64,000 nt of DNA from an uncultured Gammaproteobacteria bacterium (GTDB taxonomy: Bacteria; Patescibacteriota; Microgenomatia; JAMCZE01), in the NCBI GenBank assembly GCA_964576435.1, contig CAZNUP010000001.1:611030-675029 (forward strand), in the 5' to 3' direction. The first letter of the stretch is position 1. Each line of letters opens with the position of its first letter. Under the pieces are notes generated by a model. It had not been told where the DNA came from. It did no database searches and was given only the letters and a program-made list of their open reading frames with translations. Below are positions 49,666 to 58,357 of the stretch, in pieces. A program made the position numbers and the translations under genes.

Positions 49666-50967
49666 TTACTTCCAAATCTTCCATTCTTCTTTAAATTGTT
49701 GAGCTAAATATTCATTACTTCCAGGTTTTGAAGTTGCCATAGCATGTTCAGCCATATCAACAACTACCTTTGCTGACAAGAATTCTGATCCTATTCGTAA
49801 TAAAACTTCTCTAGGAATTTTGTATACAAAGCTACCTTTTGATAGAACAGGAAAGTGTTTGCTATCTTTCACTAATGACTTTCTTTCAGCAATTGTTTTT
49901 GCATTCCACATTAGTTCTAATATTTCATTTGAATATTGCAAATGCCACCCCTTACCTTCAAGAGACTTAACAAGATTACTTTTACTGATAAATGAGACAA
50001 GTCTTACCTTCCCCATCATGATATCCGCAACTAATGATTCCTCAAATGGGAAAATAGAATACGGGGCTGCATTTGGACTGAAGCTGTCAAAAAGCATAAA
50101 GTTGTCTATGGCAGCTGAAAATGCATCGCTAGGTTTGAATGGATTGGATGGAAATATAGACATCTCGTCAGTCTTTTTGAAATAACTGTTTACATTGTCA
50201 AAATACATACAAATCACCCATAGATAAGGTGCAACTCTCATTGAGCGAATACCATTCTCACTTTGCTTTGCCTTTATCAAAAGTTTTTCAACTTGAGGCA
50301 AAAAGTTTTTGGGGTATCCGTCTATCTCGACATACTGTGCATTCATGTCAGCTATCCGAATAGTTTTACTATTTAGTTCTTCAATCAAAACGCTTAATTT
50401 TTTCTTTTGATTTCCTTTAGCTTTTCCTTTTAGTTTTATTTCTTTAATAATCAACTTATCTTTATAAAATCCAGTTATGTCTCCATATCTCAAAAAGTTT
50501 GTGAGGTCATTTAAGATAACAATACTTTTTAAATTTCGGACAACTAGTTCTGCATATCTTGCTTCTTCAAAAAAACCTTTCAAGTTAAGATGACCAGTTT
50601 GTGGGTGTCCTGCAAGAGCTCTTAAAAGAGGTCTATTAGTTTTCAATAATCTCCATGCAACACCATCCATTACTTGCATAAGAACTCTTCGTTGGGCTTT
50701 ATATATTTCCCTAGAAAGCCACTCAATATTTTGAGATTCTCTATCAGCCTTGTCCTTTAACAGCTCAATATCTTGCTCAAGGGGAATAATCTTTTTAACG
50801 ATATTTGCCTGAACCTTCAATAATTGAAGTGGGGTGATTTTTGGTTTTCTAGTTTCCTTTAAAGTTTTTACAACGAACTCATAAATACTTTGGAATGAGG
50901 AATGGTCAACAATCTTTATAATCTCTTCTGAGGTCAAAAATCTTTCATCTTGCATAAGCAATATCAA
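49666..50967 (-). CDS. Hypothetical protein, possible PD-(D/E)xK nuclease fold
   Basis: 433-aa ORF; 'RYGDI...IIKEIK' motif. Confidence 0.65.
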   Translation of the reverse strand: MILLMQDERFLTSEEIIKIVDHSSFQSIYEFVVKTLKETRKPKITPLQLLKVQANIVKKIIPLEQDIELLKDKADRESQNIEWLSREIYKAQRRVLMQVMDGVAWRLLKTNRPLLRALAGHPQTGHLNLKGFFEEARYAELVVRNLKSIVILNDLTNFLRYGDITGFYKDKLIIKEIKLKGKAKGNQKKKLSVLIEELNSKTIRIADMNAQYVEIDGYPKNFLPQVEKLLIKAKQSENGIRSMRVAPYLWVICMYFDNVNSYFKKTDEMSIFPSNPFKPSDAFSAAIDNFMLFDSFSPNAAPYSIFPFEESLVADIMMGKVRLVSFISKSNLVKSLEGKGWHLQYSNEILELMWNAKTIAERKSLVKDSKHFPVLSKGSFVYKIPREVLLRIGSEFLSAKVVVDMAEHAMATSKPGSNEYLAQQFKEEWKIWK

Positions 50968-50980
50968 ATTCAGGAATTAA

Positions 50981-51778
50981 CTATTCTATCGGCAAATATA
51001 TTTCAAAAAACTGCCTGGTATTATCCGAATCAACCTTACGATAGATTTCAAAGTCAGGAACATTTTTTTTAACTTTCAACTTATGGATTCGGCAATATTT
51101 TTCTAACTCTTTCCAAAAAAGTGATAGCAAACTACCAGAGCCATTGTGTGTATAGGTAACCACCTTGCCTGGATTAAACTCAAAATACTTAACCTCACTT
51201 TTAAATTGTCCTTTCACTTTCATTTGCTTATTCGCCAGAGCCCCTATCCTAATCTTGCTTTGCTTAGGCTGGTAAGTGGGATTATCAAATATAGCCAAGG
51301 TCGTGAAGTCTTGACCCTTATTTTCAAACATTTCTTCTAACTCTTCGCAATAGTCACCAATCTTGGAGTAAGGTCCAACTTTCTCAATGTAATAAACTCC
51401 AAACGATTTCAAGGTTTTAATCTCAGGCTTAACCATTGTGCCATTTAACTTCATGTTCCCTAAAAACTTATCGAGACTAGTGAGGTTAAATTCGAGCTGT
51501 TTTATCTGCTTTTTAATAAGGGACTTTTTGCTATTAAAAAGCCCTGTTAAGTTTCCTTTATTCTTTAGGTAAAGTTTAATCTCATCTAACGAGATACCGA
51601 GAGTGGTCAGTAAGAGGATCATTTGATAGTCAAGAACTTGTTCTTCAAGGTAATAACGATACTTCCGACTATTAACCTTAACAGGCTTCAAAACGCCCTT
51701 TTCATCATAGAAATGGACTGTCCTTTTGGTTGTGTTAGCCAGCTTCGCAAACTCGCCTGGAGTGATATAGTTGCTCAT
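50981..51778 (-). CDS. MerR family regulator with GyrI-like ligand domain
   Basis: 'PGEFAK...TTKRTVHFYDEKGVLKP', C-terminal 'GPY', 'FEIY..EIYLPI'. Confidence 0.92.
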   Translation of the reverse strand: MSNYITPGEFAKLANTTKRTVHFYDEKGVLKPVKVNSRKYRYYLEEQVLDYQMILLLTTLGISLDEIKLYLKNKGNLTGLFNSKKSLIKKQIKQLEFNLTSLDKFLGNMKLNGTMVKPEIKTLKSFGVYYIEKVGPYSKIGDYCEELEEMFENKGQDFTTLAIFDNPTYQPKQSKIRIGALANKQMKVKGQFKSEVKYFEFNPGKVVTYTHNGSGSLLSLFWKELEKYCRIHKLKVKKNVPDFEIYRKVDSDNTRQFFEIYLPIE

Positions 51779-51780
51779 AT

Positions 51781-51811
51781 TTGACTATAACGTTACGTTA
51801 TACATTATTAT
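51781..51811 (+). promoter_or_regulatory. MerR-type promoter/operator
   Basis: TTGACT-19 nt-TATTAT with perfect palindrome TATAACGT-T-ACGTTATA (51786-51802). Confidence 0.88.
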
Positions 51812-51841
51812 ATCCTATAAAGTTAGGAGGTGTCAAGCTTT

Positions 51842-54085
51842 ATGGATACTATTGTCATAAAAGGAGCCAAAGAGAACAACCTTAAAAAGGTCGATTTAAA
51901 GATCCCCAGAAATAAGGTTATCTGTTTCGTGGGTGTCTCAGGCTCAGGAAAGTCAACAATTGCTTTTGACATTGTAGCTAGAGAAGGTCAGAGGCAGTAT
52001 TTTGAGTCTTTACCCGCATTTGCTAGAAGGTATCTTCAAAAGGCTAATAGACCAGACGTTGAGGAAATTAGAGGTATCTCTTCAACCATTATTATTAGCC
52101 AAGACAGAGTTGCTAGTAACCCAAGATCAACTGTTGGCACACTAACAGAAACATATACTTATTTGCGAATGCTCTACTCCAGAGTAGGTTTGCCATCGTT
52201 AGATTCTTCTTATTATTCCTTCAACCATCCGAATGGTGCATGTCCAAAATGTAAAGGGCTTGGCAAGGCATTAGAACTTGACCCCAAAAAGCTTATTGAC
52301 TTTAATAAAAGCTTGAATGAGGGAGCTCTGTTGCACAGTGAATGGAAGGTTGGAGGCAGAATGTGGTCAATTATTAAGGCTACCCATTTTTTTGAGATGG
52401 ATAAGAAAATTAAGGACTTTGACAGTGAGGACATTGAAAAGTTGTTATATGCACCAAAGCAATTATGGCAAGATGAAAGCGAGTATGGAGCTAATAAATG
52501 GACTTATCAAGGGATTATAACCAGACTTCAAAGTAGAGACCGCCATGACCGAGATGAACTGGGTTATGTTAAGGAGTCCGAATGTAGTGAGTGTAATGGG
52601 GGCAGACTTAATAGCAAAGCTTTGAGCGTAAGGTTAAATGGTAAGAATATTGGAGAGGTTGGCAACATGTCCTTGCCAGATTGCCTTGGATTTGTGCAGT
52701 CCATTGATCTTCCCCAAGCTATGATTATTAGACCACGACTAGAAGAACAACTGCAGAACCTTGTAGATGCTGGGGTTGGATATTTGTCTCTTAATAGGTC
52801 AACTGACACTTTGTCAGGTGGGGAAGCTCAAAGAGTGAAATTGGCTCGTCAGATGGGTTGCGACTTGATTGAGACAATATATGTTCTTGATGAACCTACA
52901 GCTGGACTTCATCCAAGAGATGTAGATAAAGTAATTAAAAACTTAACAAAGCTACGAGACTCTGGTAACACCGTGCTAGTCGTGGAGCATGATCCAGCTG
53001 TAATAAAAAGTGCTGACTATATAGTTGAAGTCGGACCAGGTGGTGGCAAAAATGGAGGGACAATCATTGCTCAAGGATCGTTGAAAGAAATATATGATAG
53101 CCCCAAGTCTGTATCGTCTTCCTATTTGAAAAATGGTTTGCACACAACTAAGAGAGACTCACAGAGAGAACCAACTGGCTCTCTGAAAGTTATAAATGCT
53201 AATAGAAATAACCTTAAAGGATTAGACGTAAGCATCCCCACTGGTGTTTTGGTTGCACTCACAGGTGTTTCAGGATCAGGAAAAAGTTCACTTGTTGAGG
53301 AGATTTTAGCTCAGCATGGAGAGAAAATTGTCATGATTGATCAAAGCCCTGTTGGTAATAATAAAAGAGGTTGTATTGGCACCTATACAGGAGTATTTGA
53401 TATTGTCAGAAGAATATTTGCAAAAGAACATGGCATGTCTGAAAGCCTATTTAGCTTCAACTCACATGGTGCTTGTGACGAATGTGACGGGCTTGGCTAC
53501 ATTGATATGGAAATGAATTTTTTAGGTAATGTAAAGATACACTGCGAGACCTGTAATGGCAGTAGATATAAAGAAAAGGTTCTTCGCTACAAATATAAGA
53601 AAAAGAACATTGCAGAAGTGCTGGGTATGACCGCAGCTGAAGTAAGTGAATTATTTGACAACAATGAAATTAAAAGTAAAACCAGCCTTCTAGTGGAGGT
53701 GGGGCTTGATTATATGGAGTTGGGGCAAAGCTTGGACACTCTATCTGGTGGCGAGTCTCAACGACTAAAGCTCGCAAGCAGGCTGCAAAATAAAGGAGAG
53801 TTCTACATTTTGGACGAACCCACATCTGGCTTACACTTCGCTGACATAGAGAAGCTAATGCGACTTCTTAATAAGTTAGTTGACAATGGCAACACAGTAT
53901 TAGTGATCGAACACAATTTGGATGTCATTAGTCAGGCAGATTGGATTATTGACTTAGGACCTGAGGGAGGAGATAAAGGTGGAGCGATTGTTGCTCAGGG
54001 AACTGTTAAAGAAATTATGAATGAAAAGAGCTCATACACGGGTCAATATCTACTGAAAAGCTTTAACCACCAATCTTCTTCCTAA
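51842..54085 (+). CDS. Class II UvrA-like (DrrC-type) ABC ATPase
   Basis: Two UvrA-type ABC modules but no UvrB-binding insertion after TYLRMLYSRVG; AGGAGGT SD before ATG 51842. Confidence 0.88.
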   Translation: MDTIVIKGAKENNLKKVDLKIPRNKVICFVGVSGSGKSTIAFDIVAREGQRQYFESLPAFARRYLQKANRPDVEEIRGISSTIIISQDRVASNPRSTVGTLTETYTYLRMLYSRVGLPSLDSSYYSFNHPNGACPKCKGLGKALELDPKKLIDFNKSLNEGALLHSEWKVGGRMWSIIKATHFFEMDKKIKDFDSEDIEKLLYAPKQLWQDESEYGANKWTYQGIITRLQSRDRHDRDELGYVKESECSECNGGRLNSKALSVRLNGKNIGEVGNMSLPDCLGFVQSIDLPQAMIIRPRLEEQLQNLVDAGVGYLSLNRSTDTLSGGEAQRVKLARQMGCDLIETIYVLDEPTAGLHPRDVDKVIKNLTKLRDSGNTVLVVEHDPAVIKSADYIVEVGPGGGKNGGTIIAQGSLKEIYDSPKSVSSSYLKNGLHTTKRDSQREPTGSLKVINANRNNLKGLDVSIPTGVLVALTGVSGSGKSSLVEEILAQHGEKIVMIDQSPVGNNKRGCIGTYTGVFDIVRRIFAKEHGMSESLFSFNSHGACDECDGLGYIDMEMNFLGNVKIHCETCNGSRYKEKVLRYKYKKKNIAEVLGMTAAEVSELFDNNEIKSKTSLLVEVGLDYMELGQSLDTLSGGESQRLKLASRLQNKGEFYILDEPTSGLHFADIEKLMRLLNKLVDNGNTVLVIEHNLDVISQADWIIDLGPEGGDKGGAIVAQGTVKEIMNEKSSYTGQYLLKSFNHQSSS

Positions 54086-54279
54086 TCAAAGGTGTCTTCC
54101 CAACTACCATCATGGAGATGCTCTAGGCACGATTATCCTTATATATACATGTTAATACATGATCTATATGAACTATAAGTATAAATAAACTTACGGGGGC
54201 AAGATGGAGAGGTAAGAGGTATGAGGTTATCTAAAAGTGTTCGATTGTTGATTTCCTACTTGCCGAGGTGGTAGTAGTT

Positions 54280-54321
54280 GTAGTATTACTACTTGACATA
54301 CTAGTTGTTGTGTGATATTGT
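54280..54321 (+). promoter_or_regulatory. Leaderless promoter of element core operon with adjacent palindrome
   Basis: GTAGTA-T-TACTAC directly before TTGACA-17 nt-TATTGT, 6 nt before ATG 54328. Confidence 0.7.
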
Positions 54322-54327
54322 TTTATT

Positions 54328-54642
54328 ATGGCAAGCACAAAAGATACATTAAGACAAAAATCTAATGAAGTCCTCGAAGGAATTTTGGTATTCCTCTCAA
54401 AGAAAGACAAAGAAATTTCGTTTGAAGATTTGGAAGATAAGTTCCCCAACATTAAAGGTAAACAGCTCGGCAGTTTATTCTCTGGCATTACCAGAACACT
54501 TATTAATGGTAAGAGATTAACCATCTCCATTCCCCAGTTCGGTAGCCGTAGAAAGGTATGGAAATTGAGTAAAGAATTAACTGACAAAGAACTAGAAGAG
54601 GTCGAGGTTACAGTTAAGGAAATACTGGAGGAACGAAAATGA
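54328..54642 (+). CDS. Hypothetical, probable winged-helix DNA-binding protein
   Basis: 104 aa, basic; helix-helix-helix-beta-hairpin pattern (inference). Confidence 0.65.
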   Translation: MASTKDTLRQKSNEVLEGILVFLSKKDKEISFEDLEDKFPNIKGKQLGSLFSGITRTLINGKRLTISIPQFGSRRKVWKLSKELTDKELEEVEVTVKEILEERK

Positions 54643-54833
54643 AAATTCTAACTCAAATGGATTTTTTGATTACAGCCTTTATGCATTTTCTAAAAGCAAA
54701 TTTAGGCATGGCAAACGATTTAGCTGGTAAAGGTAAATTCGTTCTTGAAATTACAGACTCACAAATTAAAGGAAGATATATCAGTGAAGGTAAAACTGAA
54801 AAATTAAAAACAATAAGTTATCAGTCAAAATAA
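54639..54833 (+). CDS. Hypothetical protein (64 aa)
   Basis: ATGA-coupled, GGAGG SD. Confidence 0.6.
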   Translation: MKILTQMDFLITAFMHFLKANLGMANDLAGKGKFVLEITDSQIKGRYISEGKTEKLKTISYQSK

Positions 54834-54899
54834 ATAGCCGTTAAGATTCGCAGAGGAACTGGGCTGAAAAAGTAGTTTCTCGCCAGACATGAAGGGAAC

Positions 54900-54929
54900 A
54901 AGGCATGCAAGTTAAAGCATGCCTTTTTT
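54900..54929 (+). terminator. Intra-operon terminator/attenuator
   Basis: AAGGCATGC-N8-GCATGCCTT-TTTT. Confidence 0.75.
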
Positions 54930-54938
54930 AATACCTTT

Positions 54939-55097
54939 ATGTTAAGCAAGGAACTAATAAACGAATTAAAAATAATACTAAAAGAGGAATATAACCTCGA
55001 ACTTACTTATGGTGAGCTTGTTAACCTTGCAACTAGACTTGTCGGATTCTTTGATTTGCTTGCAAAACTTAATTTTAAGGAGGAGCAGCATGGCTAA
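54939..55097 (+). CDS. Small hypothetical protein (52 aa) upstream of Rep
   Basis: MLSKELINELKIILKEEYNLELTYGELVNLATRLVGFFDLLAKLNFKEEQHG*; overlaps Rep start. Confidence 0.7.
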   Translation: MLSKELINELKIILKEEYNLELTYGELVNLATRLVGFFDLLAKLNFKEEQHG

Positions 55098-55845
55098 GGC
55101 AAGGATGCTACATAAAAAAATATCCGTTTCCCTTGACGTAGATAATTTATCTTCAGAGGCACAGCTACTCTTTACCTGGATGATTGCTCATGCTGATGAT
55201 GACGGTCGGATGAAAGGAGAACCGCAATTTGTAAAGGCAAATGTGGTCCCGATGAAGAAATGGTCATTTCAAAAAGTAAAAAACTACCTTATAGAAATGA
55301 AAACTCAAGGACTCATACAATATTGGGAACAAAATAGTGAGTGGTTTATTGAATTTCCAAAGTGGAACGACTATCAACAAATAAGAAAAGATAGATATGA
55401 GAAATCAAAATTACCCTCATTTAATAAGGAAAAGGGCAACCAAGTGTCAACCAAACAACAACCAGATGACACCCAAGTGGCAGCACAATCAAATGTAGTT
55501 GAGTCCAGTCCAGAGGAAATTAAGATAAGCGAGTCCAGCGATAAGGACGAAATCGCTGAGAAAAACTTTCCTTATAAGGAGGGACAACCCAAGGTTGGGT
55601 TTGTTGACCCAACCACTGGTGGAAATTCCAAGCGGGGTTTTGTTGCCCTTGAAATTTTCAAGAGGATGGAGCCAGGTAACTTAAAGGCTATGGGTAACTA
55701 TGTCAATTGGGTCAAAGTAATTCCGGTCGATTTAATGTTCCAGTGGGCTTCTGAAATTGAACAAGATGCCACAATAAAAAATAGAGGTGCGGTTTTTAAT
55801 GCAAAGGTGAAAGAATATCTAGCAAACAAGGAGGTGAAAACATGA
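55090..55845 (+). CDS. Phage-type replication initiator / replisome organiser
   Basis: 'ARML...IS.S', 'LLFTWMIAHADDDGR', 'W..YQ.IR.DR'; AAGGAGGAG SD; internal iteron-like repeats. Confidence 0.8.
   Translation: MAKARMLHKKISVSLDVDNLSSEAQLLFTWMIAHADDDGRMKGEPQFVKANVVPMKKWSFQKVKNYLIEMKTQGLIQYWEQNSEWFIEFPKWNDYQQIRKDRYEKSKLPSFNKEKGNQVSTKQQPDDTQVAAQSNVVESSPEEIKISESSDKDEIAEKNFPYKEGQPKVGFVDPTTGGNSKRGFVALEIFKRMEPGNLKAMGNYVNWVKVIPVDLMFQWASEIEQDATIKNRGAVFNAKVKEYLANKEVKT
55435..55489 (+). repeat. Five 11-bp iteron-like tandem repeats inside rep (putative origin)
   Basis: GGCAACCAAGT GTCAACCAAAC AACAACCAGAT GACACCCAAGT GGCAGCACAAT. Confidence 0.65.
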
Positions 55846-56081
55846 TTGCTTACGAGTTTGAAATTCTTAAAAACGAGCCAAAAGGTAGAGAACTTCTTCT
55901 AGTAGCAACCACAGAAGAAAGATTACAAATAGCTGCCGAAACACATATTGGGCGTAGGATGACAGGAAAGGAAATCAACATGGTAGTCGCACTATTATCA
56001 GAAGAGATTTATGAATTAGCTGATGGAAAAGATTCAATTTTTGCCAGAACAATTCGGGAGGTCGCAAACTGGAAGTTCTGA
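55842..56081 (+). CDS. Hypothetical protein (79 aa)
   Basis: AAGGAGGTGA SD, ATGA-coupled to rep. Confidence 0.7.
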   Translation: MIAYEFEILKNEPKGRELLLVATTEERLQIAAETHIGRRMTGKEINMVVALLSEEIYELADGKDSIFARTIREVANWKF

Positions 56082-56118
56082 AATAGTCCAGCCCGCCTTA
56101 TTGTAAGGAGAGGACATA

Positions 56119-57621
56119 ATGGATACGATAAAGAAAATGAAATCAGTATTATTTGCCAGAGTCTCAACTCGCGAACAAGCAGAGGAAGGATACTCATTAG
56201 CTGCTCAAGAAAAACTTCTGCTTGAACATGCTTCGAAAAAAGAAATCATCATTAGCAAGAAATTCTCTATTCCTGAATCAGCAAGTGGTAAACAGGAAAG
56301 AAAACTATTCAATCAAATGATTGAGTATGTTTTTGAACACAAAGAAATAAAGATTATTCTTTGCGAAAAAGTAGATAGAATAACTCGAAACTTCAAGGAT
56401 GCAGTAAAACTTCAGGACTGGCTAAATGAGGATGAAGAACGACAGATACATTTTGTTAAACAGAACCTAATTATTCATAAGAACTCAAAATCTAATGACC
56501 AGTTTATGTGGGATATGTTTCTGGTTCTTGCTAGGCAATATAGCAATAATCTTTCAGAAGAAACTAGGAAAGGGCTTAATGAAAAAGCAGAGCAAGGATG
56601 GTTTCCAGGAAATCACAAACGAGGCTATAAAACAGTTGGTGATATAGGTCAAAAGATTTGGGTAATTAATAACGATATTTCAGATGCGAAATATATCGAG
56701 ATGGGGTTTGTCTTTTACAACACAGGCAACTACACGTTAAGAACTCTTGCGAAAGAATTATTTACACAGGGATGGTCTATAAATGGCAAACCTGTATCTA
56801 TCAGCGAACTGCATAAACTTTTAATAGACCCGTTCTATTCAGGTGAGTTTATTTGGCACAACAAACGATACAAAGGTAAACACACTCCATTAATCACCAA
56901 AGAGCTTTTTGATAGCGTTCAAGACCGTCTACAGCGCAAATTAAAGGCTGGGAAGTATGTGAAGCATGAATATCTATTTGGTGGCAGTCTTACTATGTGT
57001 GATGAGTGTGGCAGAGCTGTTACTTGGGAAACCAAGAAAGGACACAACTACGGACATTGCACTAGACGTAACACTAATTGTTCTCAGAGAAAATACATTC
57101 GGGAAGAAAAGGTAGAACAACAAGTTGCAGAATATCTGGATACATTCAAGGTAGAGAACCCAAGATTATTGGAATGGATACGAAAGGCGCTGAAAGAAAG
57201 TCATAAAGATGAGACTGATTATCATGACACCACTGTAAAGGATTTGGATGAACAATATCTCAAAATCAAAAATAGACTTGATGTTCTTTATGATGACAAA
57301 GTGGACGGTTTAATTTCCAAAGAACAATATGAAACAAAGCTACAACAATATGAAGAACAATTAAACAATATCGTTGAGGCGAAACAGAAGCATAACAAAG
57401 CGAATATCAATTATCTGAAACTTGGTATGAATCTTTTCGAACTGGCACAAAGAGGTCGTGACCTATATGAGAAGCAGGCTAACATGAATGAAAAGAAAGA
57501 GCTGCTTAACTTTGTATTTTCGAACCTTAAAATTAGAGGAGAAAAGGTTGTCCCCACGCCCCATAATGGCTTTGAGGTAGTAGCCTTACGGGCAAAAGAT
57601 GGAAATATGCTGCGGGACTAG
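56119..57621 (+). CDS. Large serine recombinase (resolvase + recombinase + Zn ribbon + coiled coil)
   Basis: ARVSTREQ catalytic Ser, DRITRN, CDECG..C..C; stop codon lies inside tRNA-Gln. Confidence 0.95.
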   Translation: MDTIKKMKSVLFARVSTREQAEEGYSLAAQEKLLLEHASKKEIIISKKFSIPESASGKQERKLFNQMIEYVFEHKEIKIILCEKVDRITRNFKDAVKLQDWLNEDEERQIHFVKQNLIIHKNSKSNDQFMWDMFLVLARQYSNNLSEETRKGLNEKAEQGWFPGNHKRGYKTVGDIGQKIWVINNDISDAKYIEMGFVFYNTGNYTLRTLAKELFTQGWSINGKPVSISELHKLLIDPFYSGEFIWHNKRYKGKHTPLITKELFDSVQDRLQRKLKAGKYVKHEYLFGGSLTMCDECGRAVTWETKKGHNYGHCTRRNTNCSQRKYIREEKVEQQVAEYLDTFKVENPRLLEWIRKALKESHKDETDYHDTTVKDLDEQYLKIKNRLDVLYDDKVDGLISKEQYETKLQQYEEQLNNIVEAKQKHNKANINYLKLGMNLFELAQRGRDLYEKQANMNEKKELLNFVFSNLKIRGEKVVPTPHNGFEVVALRAKDGNMLRD

Positions 57622-57680
57622 GATTCGAACCTAGATATGCAGAGCCAAAATCTGCAGTCCTACCATTAGACGATCCCGCA
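57610..57680 (-). tRNA. tRNA-Gln(TTG)
   Basis: Acceptor TGCGGGA/TCCCGCA, anticodon arm GCAGA-TTTTGGC-TCTGC, GGTTCGAATCC. Confidence 0.95.
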
Positions 57681-57718
57681 CTAGCTCAATTATATCTTAA
57701 ATTTGCTATAATTTTCCA

Positions 57719-58357
57719 GTGAACACAAGCTCAAAAGCAAAACGTATCCTTTGTTTTGGAGATTCAAATACTTGGGGTTTTATTCCAGGACTTGGTGATA
57801 GGTATCCAATAGAGATCCGCTGGCCGGGAGTACTTCAAAATTTGTTGGGTTCTAATTTTGAAATTATTGAGGAGGGTCTAAATGCCAGAACCACAGAACT
57901 TGATGATCCGAAAAACTTTGGTAAAAATGGCATTAAATATTTGCCCCCGTGTCTCCAAACACACAGTCCAATAGATAGCGTTATTTTATTCCTTGGAACC
58001 AACGATCTAAAAGAGCGATTTAACAGAACCCCCAATCAAATTAGAGATGGGATAGAAAATCTAATCTTAACTATTAAAAACGACGTTTATACCTACAACC
58101 ACGAACCTAAAATTATTTTAATTGCACCCACAATTGTAGATGAATCGGCTCCTAAGGTTAAAGAAAAATATTTGGGCGCAGAAGAAAAATCAAGGCAATT
58201 AGGAAACCTTTACTTTCAACTTTCGGAAAAATACGGTACCAAGTTTATTGACCTGGCAAAAAACATTAAGCCAAGCAATGTAGATGGTTACCACTTAAGT
58301 GAAGAATCACATCAAAAAATTGCAAAACTCTTATTTGATCTTATACAAGCTTCTTAA
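57719..58357 (+). CDS. SGNH/GDSL hydrolase
   Basis: FGDSNTWG, EEGLNAR, LGTND, DGYH. Confidence 0.93.
   Translation: MNTSSKAKRILCFGDSNTWGFIPGLGDRYPIEIRWPGVLQNLLGSNFEIIEEGLNARTTELDDPKNFGKNGIKYLPPCLQTHSPIDSVILFLGTNDLKERFNRTPNQIRDGIENLILTIKNDVYTYNHEPKIILIAPTIVDESAPKVKEKYLGAEEKSRQLGNLYFQLSEKYGTKFIDLAKNIKPSNVDGYHLSEESHQKIAKLLFDLIQAS

Larger units (their letters stand above)
49285..57612. mobile_element. Integrative element (about 8.3 kb) at tRNA-Gln 3' end with large serine recombinase, phage-like Rep and cargo
   Basis: TGCTG core at both ends (49285-49289, 57608-57612); in-frame integrase tail at left end; Rep/LSR module next to tRNA. Confidence 0.85.

Noticed and set aside
51842-54085. Recent duplication of the chromosomal uvrA
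   Set aside because: Much shorter, lacks the UvrB-binding region, has a MerR-type promoter and lies inside the element
54231-54587. Minus-strand ORF with poly-Thr/Ser tail
   Set aside because: Antisense to 54328; the tail is just the GTA/GTT-rich promoter region
55009-55089. N-terminal extension of Rep in the ORF track
   Set aside because: A strong SD precedes ATG 55090 and a 52-aa ORF occupies this stretch in another frame
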